Source: Fistulifera solaris
Lineage: Eukaryota
Length of the DNA: 64,000 nt
Direction: 5' to 3'
Assembly (NCBI GenBank): GCA_030295235.1
Contig: AP026128.1
Coordinates: 744,001 to 808,000 of the forward strand
The translations under genes were made by a program, and so were the position numbers. The notes under the pieces were generated by a model. It did no database searches and was not told the DNA's origin. It saw nothing but the letters and a program-made list of their open reading frames with translations. The number at the start of each line of letters is the position of its first letter. The first letter of the stretch is position 1. Below are positions 32,931 to 44,493 of the stretch, piece after piece.

Positions 32931-33944
32931 TTGAAGATGAGACTGGCGCCCCACTGTCTTTTCTATTTCATGCTTCTGACGCAACAAGTTGTCCAGTCGT
33001 TTCGATCGATATCTTACAATAAATATTTCAATAACTATTCCATTATCACAATGGGAGTCGGTTCCTATATGGATGCCTTATCGGAAGCCGCTTCCGAGGC
33101 CCTGCAACGCCCCGTCAAGCTACAATCGACTTCGGGTGGAGGCTTCTCGGGCGGAGGAGGAGCTTCGACGGCCGCCGTGAAAGATGCGGAAACCGACACC
33201 AAATACTTTGTCAAGGCCGCATCGCACGGCGACAAAATGTTAAAAGCCGAGTTTTTGGGCGTGAAGGAAATGTCCGAGACCAACACCATCCGTGTTCCAA
33301 CACCGGTGGCATTTGGCAATTATCAAAGTAAAGCGTTTGCCATTTTCGAATATCTGGATTTTACGGGAGGCGGTTCGCAGTATGAATTGGGTCAACAATT
33401 AGCCAAAATGCATCGGCATTTCTCGAGTCAAGGATTTGGGTTTCATGTGGATAATACCATTGGTGCGACTCATCAACCCAATTTGCCGTGGATGGACAAT
33501 TGGGCTGACTTTTGGGACACGCATCGACTGGGACACATGCTGAAGCTCACAAATGATGCCGGCCTGAGCCACGACAAAGTAGAGAAGCTTCGTCAAAAAA
33601 CAAGAGAGCTATTGTCCCACAATCCACCACCAAGCTTATTACATGGTGATCTCTGGGGCGGAAATAAAGGGTTTTGTCGAGATGGAGGGAAAATCATCCC
33701 CGTCATTTTTGATCCAGCTACCTATTATGGCGATCGTGAAGCAGATGTTGCAATGACGTATCTTTTCGGAGGATTCAATGGGGACTTTTACAAAGGATAC
33801 GAAGACGAATGGCCGCTGCCTGCAGGGCACGAGAAACGACGAACCGTGTATAATCTGTATCACATTCTCAATCACGACGTGCTCTTCGGAGGTGGTTACA
33901 TTAGTCAGGCTCGTGGAATGATTGAACAGATTCTCAGAGATTGA
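32931..33944 (+). CDS. Fructosamine/ribulosamine 3-kinase family protein, probably plastid-targeted
   Basis: YFVK, FGFHVDNTIG, PSLLHGDLWGGN, FDPATYYGDREAD and YNLYHILNH. Signal-like N-terminus ending VVQSF. Confidence 0.93.
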   Translation: MKMRLAPHCLFYFMLLTQQVVQSFRSISYNKYFNNYSIITMGVGSYMDALSEAASEALQRPVKLQSTSGGGFSGGGGASTAAVKDAETDTKYFVKAASHGDKMLKAEFLGVKEMSETNTIRVPTPVAFGNYQSKAFAIFEYLDFTGGGSQYELGQQLAKMHRHFSSQGFGFHVDNTIGATHQPNLPWMDNWADFWDTHRLGHMLKLTNDAGLSHDKVEKLRQKTRELLSHNPPPSLLHGDLWGGNKGFCRDGGKIIPVIFDPATYYGDREADVAMTYLFGGFNGDFYKGYEDEWPLPAGHEKRRTVYNLYHILNHDVLFGGGYISQARGMIEQILRD

Positions 33945-33988
33945 TTTCGAAGCAATACGTATTTTAGCTAGAGTATTGTTAAGAAGCA

Positions 33989-35892
33989 TTATTGTAATCG
34001 ACTTGCTGGACCCAATTCTGAAGCCCGTTCGTCATTTGGCAAGTAAACTTTTCTATCCTTGTCTTCATCAAATTGGATATCGTATACTTTGTGCTGAAAT
34101 ACGTAGCGGACCCGCAGAATATGTGTCTTCTCTCTAGTATCACCTGTATTCTGCTCCGGCTGTTTAGTGATCCGTCGTATTGCTCTCCAAATTTCAACGC
34201 TGCTGCCCGCTACATCTTGTTCATGGTTTGCTCCAACCTTGGGAAGCCATTTTGTAACTTCCGCCATGGGTATTAATAACGCACTGTCGACCACCCAATA
34301 TTGAAGAAATGAAGTAACATCGATGGCATTGGCACTACCAAAAGATGCGCCAGCTAGGATTTCCCACCATGCCGACAAAATGATCAGACCACCGTCCACC
34401 AAATTCTCTTCAGCGAGTCGTTTCTTAGCTGCAACCATTCCAATCACGCCCGAAAATCGTGTGAAGGGTGCGACAAGTTCACCCGTCTGTGCTTCTGCTT
34501 CGTCATCTTTAACTTTAGAAGCTTCCGTAGATAACTCTGATTTGGCCCGAAAATCTTCTAAAAATTGATCACACCATTGGCTGACGAGCAATGTCAAAAT
34601 GGATGCGACCGGCCATACGTTCCTTTGAAACAAAGAAATTGGTAGTCGTATCGCCCAGTTGCTGCTGTGCAGTTGGAAGACTAATGTCCACAAGCTTAAA
34701 GCACCAGGCTGATAGAAAGCTCTCCCATCGAACTTGACGCCGTACTTGAGGGTCCAATCACCATGATCACCTCCCAACTGTTGAATCCACGCCACTTTCA
34801 ATTTCGAGAAAGTGACGCCCCACGAATAGGCAATGTACGGTGTATCTACTTCAGCACTCTGGTAACTGATTTTGAGCGGAAATTGTCCCAAACCTGTACT
34901 ACATCTCCATTGAGGAAACTCTCGCGTTTTAATAGTGGCCATCGCTTGCTGAAATTCTCCCGGCCATGGTTTGAAACTCAATCGCCATGACGCCTGCAAT
35001 TTCTTGGGCGCTTCCTCCGCATTATCCGAGTCCCATAACAAATTCCGGTACGAAACAATCGAGTACGTCCAAGTTTGTCTCGATTGTAAATTCCCACCAA
35101 CCCGGCCACGACGAAAGTCCCATTCGCCATTTGACGACTGCTCCGGAGGGCCACGTTCGGTAACGGCTGTCCCGGTCGAAACGACGAGTCCATGGTCACG
35201 TGAGTCCCTCGTTGTGGTTGATAATCGGCAGAAAGACTGGTGCTCGTGTCGGCCATGCCCGTTCGCTGCATCGACGCATTCCCCGCAATCGTCCAACTCC
35301 AGGTATCTCCTTTCCGTAGCCGCGATTGAAACTGCACGGCCGTTGAAGACAATTCCGCTTTTTGCTGATTATTGTATTCATAGGGAAAAGTGACGTTCGT
35401 CGACAAATCGGCTGTCGCATTTTCCGTGGATTGACGCGTCCATTTGTCCTGGTCTACGATTTGCTGCAACAACGCCCCGGCTTCTTCTTTGGTTTTCACT
35501 TTCTGCAGCTCCTTGTACAAATCGGAAGAGGAGCCGTTGTTCGAAGAAGCCTGCGATCGTTTGATCAGTGCTACGATTCGTAAGCCACCGTGTTCATAAG
35601 CCATGCGCAGAATGGGATCTACCAAAACATCGTGGGCTTGTTTGATGGCGACGAACGTTTTCTGGGCATCCTCTATTTTCGAAGGCGATTTGTCGGGATG
35701 AAACACGCGTGATAGTCTCTGCGATGACAAGAAAGAGTGGCTGTGAGCATAGAGTCAGCACAAATACACAGATGAGAATGTTGCGCTTACCTTATAGGAA
35801 CGCTGAATGTCGGTAGCAGTTGCCGAATGGGATAGATTAAGCAAAGCGTAGAGATCCTCATTGCCGTTCTTTACGACATCATTCATCGCCAT
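33989..35892 (-). CDS. DnaJ domain protein, DNAJC11-like
   Basis: Exon 1 MAMNDVVKNGNEDLYALLNL...IQRSYK, intron at 35719-35790, J-domain HPD motif. C-terminal GLIILSAWW...IDVTSFLQYWV...LRVRYVF. Frameshift near 35100. Confidence 0.82.
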
Positions 35893-36119
35893 CAGAAAGA
35901 TCTTTTCGAAAGACAATACGGAGTAGATTATTATGAGATCAGTTTGACTCTTTTATTGTCACAATAACCACACGTTAAAACAAAACAAAAAGAAAAAATA
36001 GATGGAAAATTAATCCGTCACGGTCACGGGGCTGATAATCAGTTGGGTCGGGAAAAAGGTAATCTACACTTCACCCTAGAGTAACGAGACTATAGCTTGT
36101 ACAACGTATTTACCCAGTA

Positions 36120-36565
36120 CAAGGGGGAAATCACTGGGGGACTCGCTTTTGCAGTCACGAGAAAAAGGTACACTTTTCGATATAGTCCATCCTTGAAGCA
36201 AATCGACCGCTTATTGCCCCCGAACGCCTGAGTGCCGCCAAATCGAACTGTGATTTGTTTGTGTACCACGCTCGCTGCCACGAGCTCCGATGAAATTTTG
36301 AAAAAAATTCATTACGACGCATCACGGCATGAATGACAACCTTTGCCATTGAATTTCATTGTATTTCAGGTTCGTTCATGGGTGACGGAAAACGGATTTC
36401 GACTAAAGTTATTATCAAGAGTCATATTCCGAATCGCGTCTACCATGAACGACCCCGCAATAAATTCCTTATTGTGAGTGAAAAATAACAGGAGTTTTCA
36501 TGGGATGGGGGCAATAAGCGGTACACGTGACTGGAGGAAGCAAGTCCCCCAGTGATTTCCCCTTG
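36120..36565. mobile_element. 446-bp MITE with ~40-bp imperfect TIRs, CA...TG ends and a 7-bp TSD (P-element-like)
   Basis: caagggggaaatcactgggggactcgctt...cagtcacg versus cgtgactg...aagcaagtcccccagtgatttccccttg. CCCAGTA is duplicated at 36113-36119 and 36566-36572. Confidence 0.85.
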
Positions 36566-37184
36566 CCCAGTATTTAGAAGCTGTTTGATGATGAAACGAC
36601 GTTAATATATTTTTTAAAAATTCTGCCCCGCCGTAGGCGTTATGTAGAAATTTGTACTAGAGGAAGAATTTAGGGTTTTCGAGACTTTTCCACACGTCGA
36701 AGAGCCTCGCAAAACGTTGTCTGTCTTATTTTACTATGGACCCAAAGTGTTGGTTTAGGGGAGACCACGACTGCATCCGAAAAGTTTTACTTTCGCAGTG
36801 ACAAGGGGGTGTGGGGGTGGGATTTTTGAGAATCCATGGACTTATTTTGGACTTTACTTTGGTCGAATGTATGTTAAATGACTCGCCACAGGTCATTGAT
36901 ACTACTACTATAGGTTATTGTTGCAAAAATTTCAAAATATCAATGAAGTACTAAGATGTATGAAAAATCATTTGTTTTTGTCGAAAGAAAGCATGCAGTA
37001 TCACTTATAAAGTGAGCTTATTTATTCCGTTGGAGTCAAATGGACGGCCGGCTTCTTGACCGTTTGTTCCTACAAAAAAAGCCTTATTCCTCTAGCCAAT
37101 TTTGGCGAATAAATATCCGTTGTTAAAGCGTGACTTGACCCACCAAAATTGTGACCCGTGGGCTAATATATTTGTTGCTGGTAA

Positions 37185-37450
37185 CACCTGTCTATGAACA
37201 AGTGGTGTTAATTGTTCAAGAATCAAGTCTTTCAGAACAAGCTTGTAGATAAATCTTGGAAATTCAATTAATGCTAGACTGTAGACTGTCTGAGAACAAG
37301 TGGTCTTTTATGACAAGCTTGAATGTTCACTGTTCACTACGCACGGAGAATTTATTGGCTGTTAGTAGAGACTGTCTATGAACAAATAATGGTGTTCATT
37401 ACTTCAGAATAAATTCTTAGCGTCTGTTCTGCGAACAATGAATGTTCACT
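37185..37450. repeat. Degenerate short repeats (ctgtct.tgaacaa / atgttcact) leading into the 52-bp array
   Basis: ctgtctatgaacaa at ~37188 and ~37372, ctgtctgagaacaa at ~37286, and gaatgttcact twice. Confidence 0.5.
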
Positions 37451-37457
37451 ACAAACA

Positions 37458-40400
37458 ATACAACCATTCCAGAATTTCTGAAACGGGCACAGAATTTATG
37501 TATGATCCAAACAACTGATTCCAGATATCTGGAACAACTACAGAATCTCTGTTTGACCCAAAACACCCATTTCAGAATTTTCGGAACAACCACAGAGTCT
37601 CTATTCGACCCAAATAACCATTTCCAGAATTTCTGGAACGACCACCGAATCTCTGTTTGTGCCAAAATATAGATTCCAGAATTTCTGGAACGTGCACAGA
37701 ATCTAGTCTATGTTTGATACAAATCAGCGATTTCAGAATATCTGGAACAACCAAAGAATCTCTGTATGTTGCAAAACAACGATTCCACAATATCTGGAAC
37801 CCAATACAACCATTCCAGAATTTCTGGAACGAGCACAGAATCTATATACAATCCAAAAAAGTGATTCCAGATATTTGGAACGACTACAGAATCTCTGTTT
37901 GACCCAAATTACCGATTCCAGAATTTCTGGGACGACCACAAAACCTCTGTTTGTCCCAAAATAGAGATTCCAGAAATTCTAGAACGATGACAGAATCTCT
38001 GTTTGACCCAATACAACAGTTCCCGAATATCTGGAACGGGCACAGAATCTCTGTTTGACCCAAAACAATTATTCCTGAATTTCTGGAACGACCACAGAAT
38101 CGCTGTTCGACTCAAGCTTCAATCCCAGAATTTCTTGAACGACCACTGAATCTCTGTTTGTTCCAAAAACTTTCCGGATTTTCTGGAACGGGCATAGAAT
38201 CTCTGCTCGACCCAAAAGCACCCATATAGAACTTCTGGAACAACCACCGCATCTCTGTTTGTCCCAAAATATAGATTCTATTATTTCTAAAACGACTACA
38301 GAATCTCTGTTTGACCCAATACAACAATTCCCGAATTTCTGGAACGGGCAGAATGTCTGTTAGATCTAAAACACACTTTCCAGAATTTCTGGAAAGACAA
38401 AAGTATTCTGTTTTGTCCAAATCACCGAATCCAGAATTTTTAGAACGACCACAGAATCTCTATTTGACCCAAATTATAAAATTCCGGAATTTCTGGAAAG
38501 ACCACAGAGTGTCTATTGTCTATGCGACCAAAAAATTATCCATTCCGGAATTTCTGGAACGACCACCAAATCTCGGTTTGTGCCAAAAGATATTCCAAAT
38601 TTTCTGAAACGGACACAGACTTTCCTATGATCCAATACAACCATTCCAGAATATCTGTAACGGGCGCAGAATCTATGTTTAATCCAAAAACTGATTCCAG
38701 AATATTTGGAACGACTACAGAATCTCTGTTTCATCCATATCACCGATTCCAGAACTTCGGGAACGACCACAGAGTATCTATGTTTGTTCCAAATTAGTTT
38801 CTGGAACGGGCACAGGATCTATGTACGATCCAAACAACGATTCCAGAATATCTGGAACGACTACAGAATCTTTCTGTTTGATACAAATCACCGATTCCAG
38901 AATTTCTGGAACTACCACAGAATCTATGTTTGACCCAAAACAACTAGTGCAGAATTTCTGGAACGAGCACAGTTCCAGATTTTCTGGAACGACCACAGAT
39001 TCCAGAATTTTTGAAACGACCACAGACTTTCGTATGACCCAATACAACCATTCCAGAATTTCTGGAACGAGCACAGAATCTATAAACAATCCAAAAACTG
39101 ATTCCGGATATCTGGAACGACTACAGAATCTCTGTTTGACCCAAATTACCGAATCCAGAATTTCTGGGACGACCACAAAACCTCTGTTTGTCCCAAAATA
39201 CAGATTTCAGAAATTCTAGAACGACGACAGAAACTCTGTTTGACCCAATACAATAGTTCCCGAATATCTGGAACGGGCACAGAATCTCTATTTGACCCGA
39301 AACAATTATTCCTGAATTTCTGGAACGACCACAGAATCGCTGTTTGACTCGAAGCTTCAATCCCAGAATTTCTTGAACGACCACTGAATCTCTGTTTGTT
39401 CCAAAACGCACTTTCCGGAATTTCTGGAACGGGCATAGAATCTCTGCTCGACCTAAAAACACCCATTCCAGATTTTCTGGAACAACCACCGCATCTCTGT
39501 TTGGTCAAAAATATATAGATTCTATTATTTCTGAAACAACCACAGAATCTCTGTTTCACTCAAATTACCGATTCCAGAACTTCTGGAACGACTACAGAAT
39601 TTCTTTTGGACCCAATACAACATTTCCCGAATTTCTGGAACGAGAGAATTGTCTGTTTGATCCAAAACACACTTTCCAGAATTTCTGGAATGACAAAAGA
39701 ATTTCTGTTTGTTCCAAATCACCGATCCCAGAATTTCTGGAAGGTTCGGGAAAAAGTGTACACTCACGTAGACTCCCGTAGAAAAATGTACCAAGCAGAG
39801 GTGCGTTCCCGTGTCTCCCTGGAACGACCACTGAACCTCTGTTTGTTCCAAAAGACAATTTCCAGAATTTCTGGGACGACCAAAAAAATTCTGTTTGATC
39901 CAAGTTACCGATTCCCGAATCCCGGAACAACCACAAACTTTTGTACGACGGAATACAACAATTCCTGATTTCTGGAACGACCAATGAATCTCTGTTTGCC
40001 CCCAAAACAACATTCCTGAAATTCTGGAACGACCAATGAATCTCTGTTTGTTCCAAAACACACTTACCAGAATTTCTGGGACGACCAAACAAATTATGTT
40101 TGATACAAGTTACCAATTCCAGAATTTCTGGAACGACCACAGAATCAATGTTTAACCCATTTACCGATTCCACAATTTCTGGAACGACCACAAACTTTCG
40201 TATGATCCAAATTACCTATTCTAGAATTTCTGGAACGACCACCGAATCTCTGATCGTCCCAAAACACAATTTCCAGACTGTCTGGAACGACCAAAGAAAT
40301 TCTGTTTGATCCAAATCACCTATTCCTGAACTTCCGGAACGGGCACAGAATCTATATTTGACCCAAAACAGCGATTCCTGAATTTCTGGAACCTCCACAG

Positions 40401-41372
40401 ACTTTCGTATGATCCAAATTACCGATTATTCCAAAATTTCTGGAACAACTACAGAATCTCTGTTTGACCCAAAGCACCGATTCCAGAAATTCTGGAACGA
40501 CTACAGAATCTCTGTTTGACCCAAAGCACCGATTCCAGAATTTCTGGAACCACCACAGAATCTCTGTATTACTCAAAACAACTAGTCCAGAATTTCTGGA
40601 ATGATCACAGAATCTCTGTTTGATCCAAATTACCGATTATTCCAAAATTTCTGGAACAACTACAGAATCTCTGTTTGACCCAAAGCACCGATTCCAGAAA
40701 TTCTGGAACGACCACAGAATCTCTTTTGACCAAAACAACTAGTCAAGAATTTCTGGAACGGCCACAGAATCTCTGTTTTATGCAAATTACCTATTCCAGA
40801 ATTTCTGGAACGGCCACAGACTTTCGTATGACTCAATTACCGATTCCAGAATTTCTGGAACCACCACAGAGTTTCTGTACTACTCAAAACAACTAGTCCA
40901 GAATTTCTGGAACGACCACAGAATGTCTGTTTGATCCAAATTACCGATTATTCCAGAATTTCTGGAACGACTACAGAATCTCTGTTTGACCAAAAACACT
41001 GATTCCAGAATTTCTGGAACGACCACAGAATCAATGTTTAACCCACAACAACTAGTCCAGAATTTCTGGAACGACCACAGAATCTCTGTTTTATCCAAAT
41101 TACCGATTTGAGAATTTCTGGAACGACCACATTCTTTTGTATGACCCAAATTGCCGATTCCAGAATTTCGGAACTAATACAGAATTTCTGTATTACTCAA
41201 AACAACTAGACCAGAATTTCTTGATCGAACACAGAATCTCTGTTTGATCCAAATCACCGATTCCAGAATTTCTGGAACGACAACAGAGGAGTCTTTGTTT
41301 GACCGCAAACAATTTTTAAAAATCCATACAGAATCTCTGTTAAGCTTATGTCGTTAGACACTGATTCCAGAA
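37458..41372. repeat. ~3.9-kb minisatellite with a ~52-bp unit carrying two palindromes
   Basis: Consensus-like unit ttccagaatttctggaacgaccacagaatctctgtttgacccaaagcaccga. Roughly 70-75 diverged copies, estimated from length divided by period. Confidence 0.95.
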
Positions 41373-41395
41373 TTCTTTCATTTTTTAGGGCTACC

Positions 41396-41850
41396 AAGTC
41401 AAAAATGTCTTTCGCACGTTGGCATGACTTTCGCACCTTCAGTACCAAATAAATCATAAAATCTACAAAAATAGCGATATAACTTTTCTAACGGAACATA
41501 TCGATTGCTTTTATTTAGAGCTTTCCAAAACACCACGATATGTTATTAACAGACAAAAGCTCGTTGAGTTATTTAACGAAAACTTGAGGAACCGGAAAAA
41601 GTGGGGTAAATTTTTTCACGTAGAAAAATGTACCGTGACCTACAGCACGACTTTCGCACCTTCGGCCTCTTTTTGAAATGTAAATATCAGCCCGAAAACG
41701 ATAGATATTAAGATATTAAACATTTTAATCTGCTTTTTAAACGTTTAGGTTGTATTTTATAAAAAAGAACAAGCGAAAAGTATAAGTTTTGATTGTTTTA
41801 TGACCTTTCAAAAAATAGGGTAAATGAAGGTGCGAAAGACATTTTGACTT
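41396..41850. mobile_element. AT-rich ~455-bp element bounded by ~22-bp inverted repeats (MITE-like)
   Basis: aagtcaaaaatgtctttcgcac versus gtgcgaaagacattttgactt. Internal gactttcgcaccttc at ~41426 and ~41649. No TSD identified. Confidence 0.6.
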
Positions 41851-42032
41851 CTCCGGAGTCACGTAGTATTCTTTCTCATGTCCTTAACCTTAACTTTTCC
41901 GCCTCTCACGGGCGCCTGCCACAATTTCAGTCATGTATCAATATTCTTTCGAGCGACGGATGTTACCTACTGTACAAGTCGTTCGATCGCCCGCATACGA
42001 TCCATGATTTATGAGCGAATGCACTTGCGAGA

Positions 42033-43148
42033 ATGCTATTTCGAACTTGCTTTCACTTGCTTGTGGTGTGGAAAACAATCGAAGGGTTTCACGTGCCCTC
42101 GCTATCGGTGAAACGCTCCGCTTTCGCGGCATCGACGGCGGAGAACATGGCGTCGTCGACGAGCGTTCGAACGATTGTGGTGGACCAGTCGACCTTAACT
42201 TTACTCGAACACATCAACATCAACGTTCCTTCGCACGAATACGCCTTACCATTTTATTATGATTTACTGGGATGTGGGATGGATCCACGAAAAGCCAGCA
42301 ATCTACTACCAAATGCGCCCAAGAAAACCATTTGGGCGAACTGTGGTGCTTCCCAATTTCATTTGCCCTACGGTTCGGTGGCGCAACGAATACCAGGTCA
42401 TATTGGCTTGCTCTACAACTCACTGGATGGTCTGAAAGAACGACTGAAAACGCACGGAAAGGATTGTAAAGAATATAAAATTGGAAGTGACAATGGCAGA
42501 GAATTCATTCGACTGGTAGATCATTATGATAATGTGTTCTACTGTCGACAGGATTCTCTTGCCAATCGACGAGCCGTAGAAGAGCAGTGGATACAGCCGA
42601 TCATTTCATCCGCGAACACGGACTTTCCTGCCGACCTGGTCCAGCGTTTCGGACGTGATCGATCGGAATGCCGCGGCATAGATTATGTTGAATTCCTGTG
42701 CCCCGTCGGAACCGCCGAACGCATCGCTTTGTTTTATGAATCCGTGTTCGATGCTACTACATCTGTCGTTGAGTCCCGAGACAATCCAGTGGCCGTCGTG
42801 GCATTGGGAAATATCGACGAACATGGTCGTGCGGATCAATCTCTCTTGTTTCGAGAAACATCGGAGCCTCTTCCGCCGTACGATGGACATCACGTGGCCA
42901 TGTACGTGGGTGAATCAGTGGCCGATTTTGAGCGGGCCTTAACCAATGCGATCACCGCAGGTATTGTTTGGGTGAATCCACGTTTCAGTGACCAAGCCCA
43001 CGATCTGGCGGGGGCACGGAAATGGAAACAATTTCGGTTTAAAAACATTATTGATATGGAAACGGGGGAGACTATTTTTGAGTTAGAACACGAGATGCGA
43101 TCGATTGATCATGAAGCTTGGCCGGGTACCCGACTAGCGGATGAATAA
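42033..43148 (+). CDS. Glyoxalase/VOC-fold protein with a plastid-type presequence
   Basis: LEHININVP...FYYDLLG, QFHLP and HHVAMYV motifs. Signal peptide ending IEG-F. Confidence 0.75.
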   Translation: MLFRTCFHLLVVWKTIEGFHVPSLSVKRSAFAASTAENMASSTSVRTIVVDQSTLTLLEHININVPSHEYALPFYYDLLGCGMDPRKASNLLPNAPKKTIWANCGASQFHLPYGSVAQRIPGHIGLLYNSLDGLKERLKTHGKDCKEYKIGSDNGREFIRLVDHYDNVFYCRQDSLANRRAVEEQWIQPIISSANTDFPADLVQRFGRDRSECRGIDYVEFLCPVGTAERIALFYESVFDATTSVVESRDNPVAVVALGNIDEHGRADQSLLFRETSEPLPPYDGHHVAMYVGESVADFERALTNAITAGIVWVNPRFSDQAHDLAGARKWKQFRFKNIIDMETGETIFELEHEMRSIDHEAWPGTRLADE

Positions 43149-43245
43149 GGAGTAGTGTAAAAATTTGTAAGTGAGTGTACAAGTACAAACATCTATTCTA
43201 AATATAAACACGAGTCCAAAATCGCGCAACGCTTCCTTCGATTCA

Positions 43246-43977
43246 TCATTGCGAATCGCGATTGATGGGATTGAGAAACAAAGCCATGGCTCCTACAGCA
43301 TTGCGTATTTCTCCCCAGTCCTGCATGGTGGTGAATTGAATTTCGATCAACGAACCGGACGGGACTTGTATAAACGTCGCAATGGGTAACAACTGATTGA
43401 CCAGCAACTCAATGGCGGGATTGTGTCCCACAACCATGACTCTCCGAAACGGCGAAGACTGGAGAACATCCGCCAGATAGTCGCGATAGCCGTGATTGCC
43501 GTCAAAGGCGAGATCGTACCAGGCCGTCGCGTACTGCACGGGAGGAAATCGGTCCTCCCATTGGGCATGTGCGGCGACCAAATCGAGTGTTTCGCGCGTC
43601 CGCAGCGATGCGGATGAGAATACGGTGTCCGGGGGAGGGATGTGTGCCTTTCGTAACATCTTTCCGACCCAAATGGCTTCACTTTCTCCCGTCGGATCCA
43701 AGGGCTTTTCGAAATCACTCATCGTGAGCGTGTTTTCCTCCGAAACATTGGCGTGCCGAAGTAGTAATAATGAAAATGTGGATTGATTGGAAGGACTTCC
43801 CATCAGTAATGAAGATTTTCTTTGTTTGAGAAGACTATGTTGACGAATGGCAACAATGAGAACGAGAAGAAAGAAAGTTGGCGCTGCGTACGGAAAGCGC
43901 ATCTTTCTTCTCGGCGAATGGGGAGGGGAAGGGACTTCTATTGAACCATAGCTTACGTTAGGAGGAGTATCAGCCAT
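43246..43977 (-). CDS. Histidine phosphatase superfamily protein (SixA-like) with an N-terminal membrane anchor
   Basis: LLLLRHA, SSASLRTRET and VMVVGHNP. Hydrophobic helix TFFLLVLIVAI. Confidence 0.82.
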   Translation of the reverse strand: MADTPPNVSYGSIEVPSPPHSPRRKMRFPYAAPTFFLLVLIVAIRQHSLLKQRKSSLLMGSPSNQSTFSLLLLRHANVSEENTLTMSDFEKPLDPTGESEAIWVGKMLRKAHIPPPDTVFSSASLRTRETLDLVAAHAQWEDRFPPVQYATAWYDLAFDGNHGYRDYLADVLQSSPFRRVMVVGHNPAIELLVNQLLPIATFIQVPSGSLIEIQFTTMQDWGEIRNAVGAMALFLNPINRDSQ

Positions 43978-44493
43978 GCTGTTAGATTAAATGCTATCAG
44001 CGAGTTCAAAAAGCTTGATTTATGCTCGAGAGAGTAAGCTTTGAACCAAAGACGTTTTCCTTTTGTTTGTTTTCCTTTTCGCTTTCGCTCTGTTCGAGCT
44101 TGGTTCGAGCTTCGCGTTTCGGCGGACGAAAAGAAAAACAATTCTGACCGTCCGTACGTCGTATGTCAACCGTATCTTTTAAACCCGGTCAGACAGTGCT
44201 TTTCTATACCTGTAAGGAGAAGAAAACATTATGACCCGAAGAATGTCTCCTCGACTCGGGATTCAGATTGGGAGTATCGGAGAAATAGGCCAAAATGAGT
44301 CACTGATGGCGGAGGAAGAAAAAGAGTCACCGATGGCGACGAAAGCACCACAATGTCTTTAATTGTCACCTCCTCGCATTGCATTTACCATCATAATATC
44401 AGCAAAACGAAGTCACTGTTGGTGATCTCAAAGCATTTTCCATCTATTTTATAGTCAATCATAGTTTCAAGTGGACCCTCTTTTAAACAAATC

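Noticed and set aside
37458..41372. CRISPR-like array (palindromic repeats at regular spacing)
   Set aside because: The sequences between palindromes are homologous to each other rather than unique spacers, no cas genes are present, and the context is eukaryotic.
37417..41457. Many short ORFs such as RISGTTTES or VVPEILE repeats
   Set aside because: These are translations of the minisatellite; the 52-bp period is not a multiple of three and frames break constantly.
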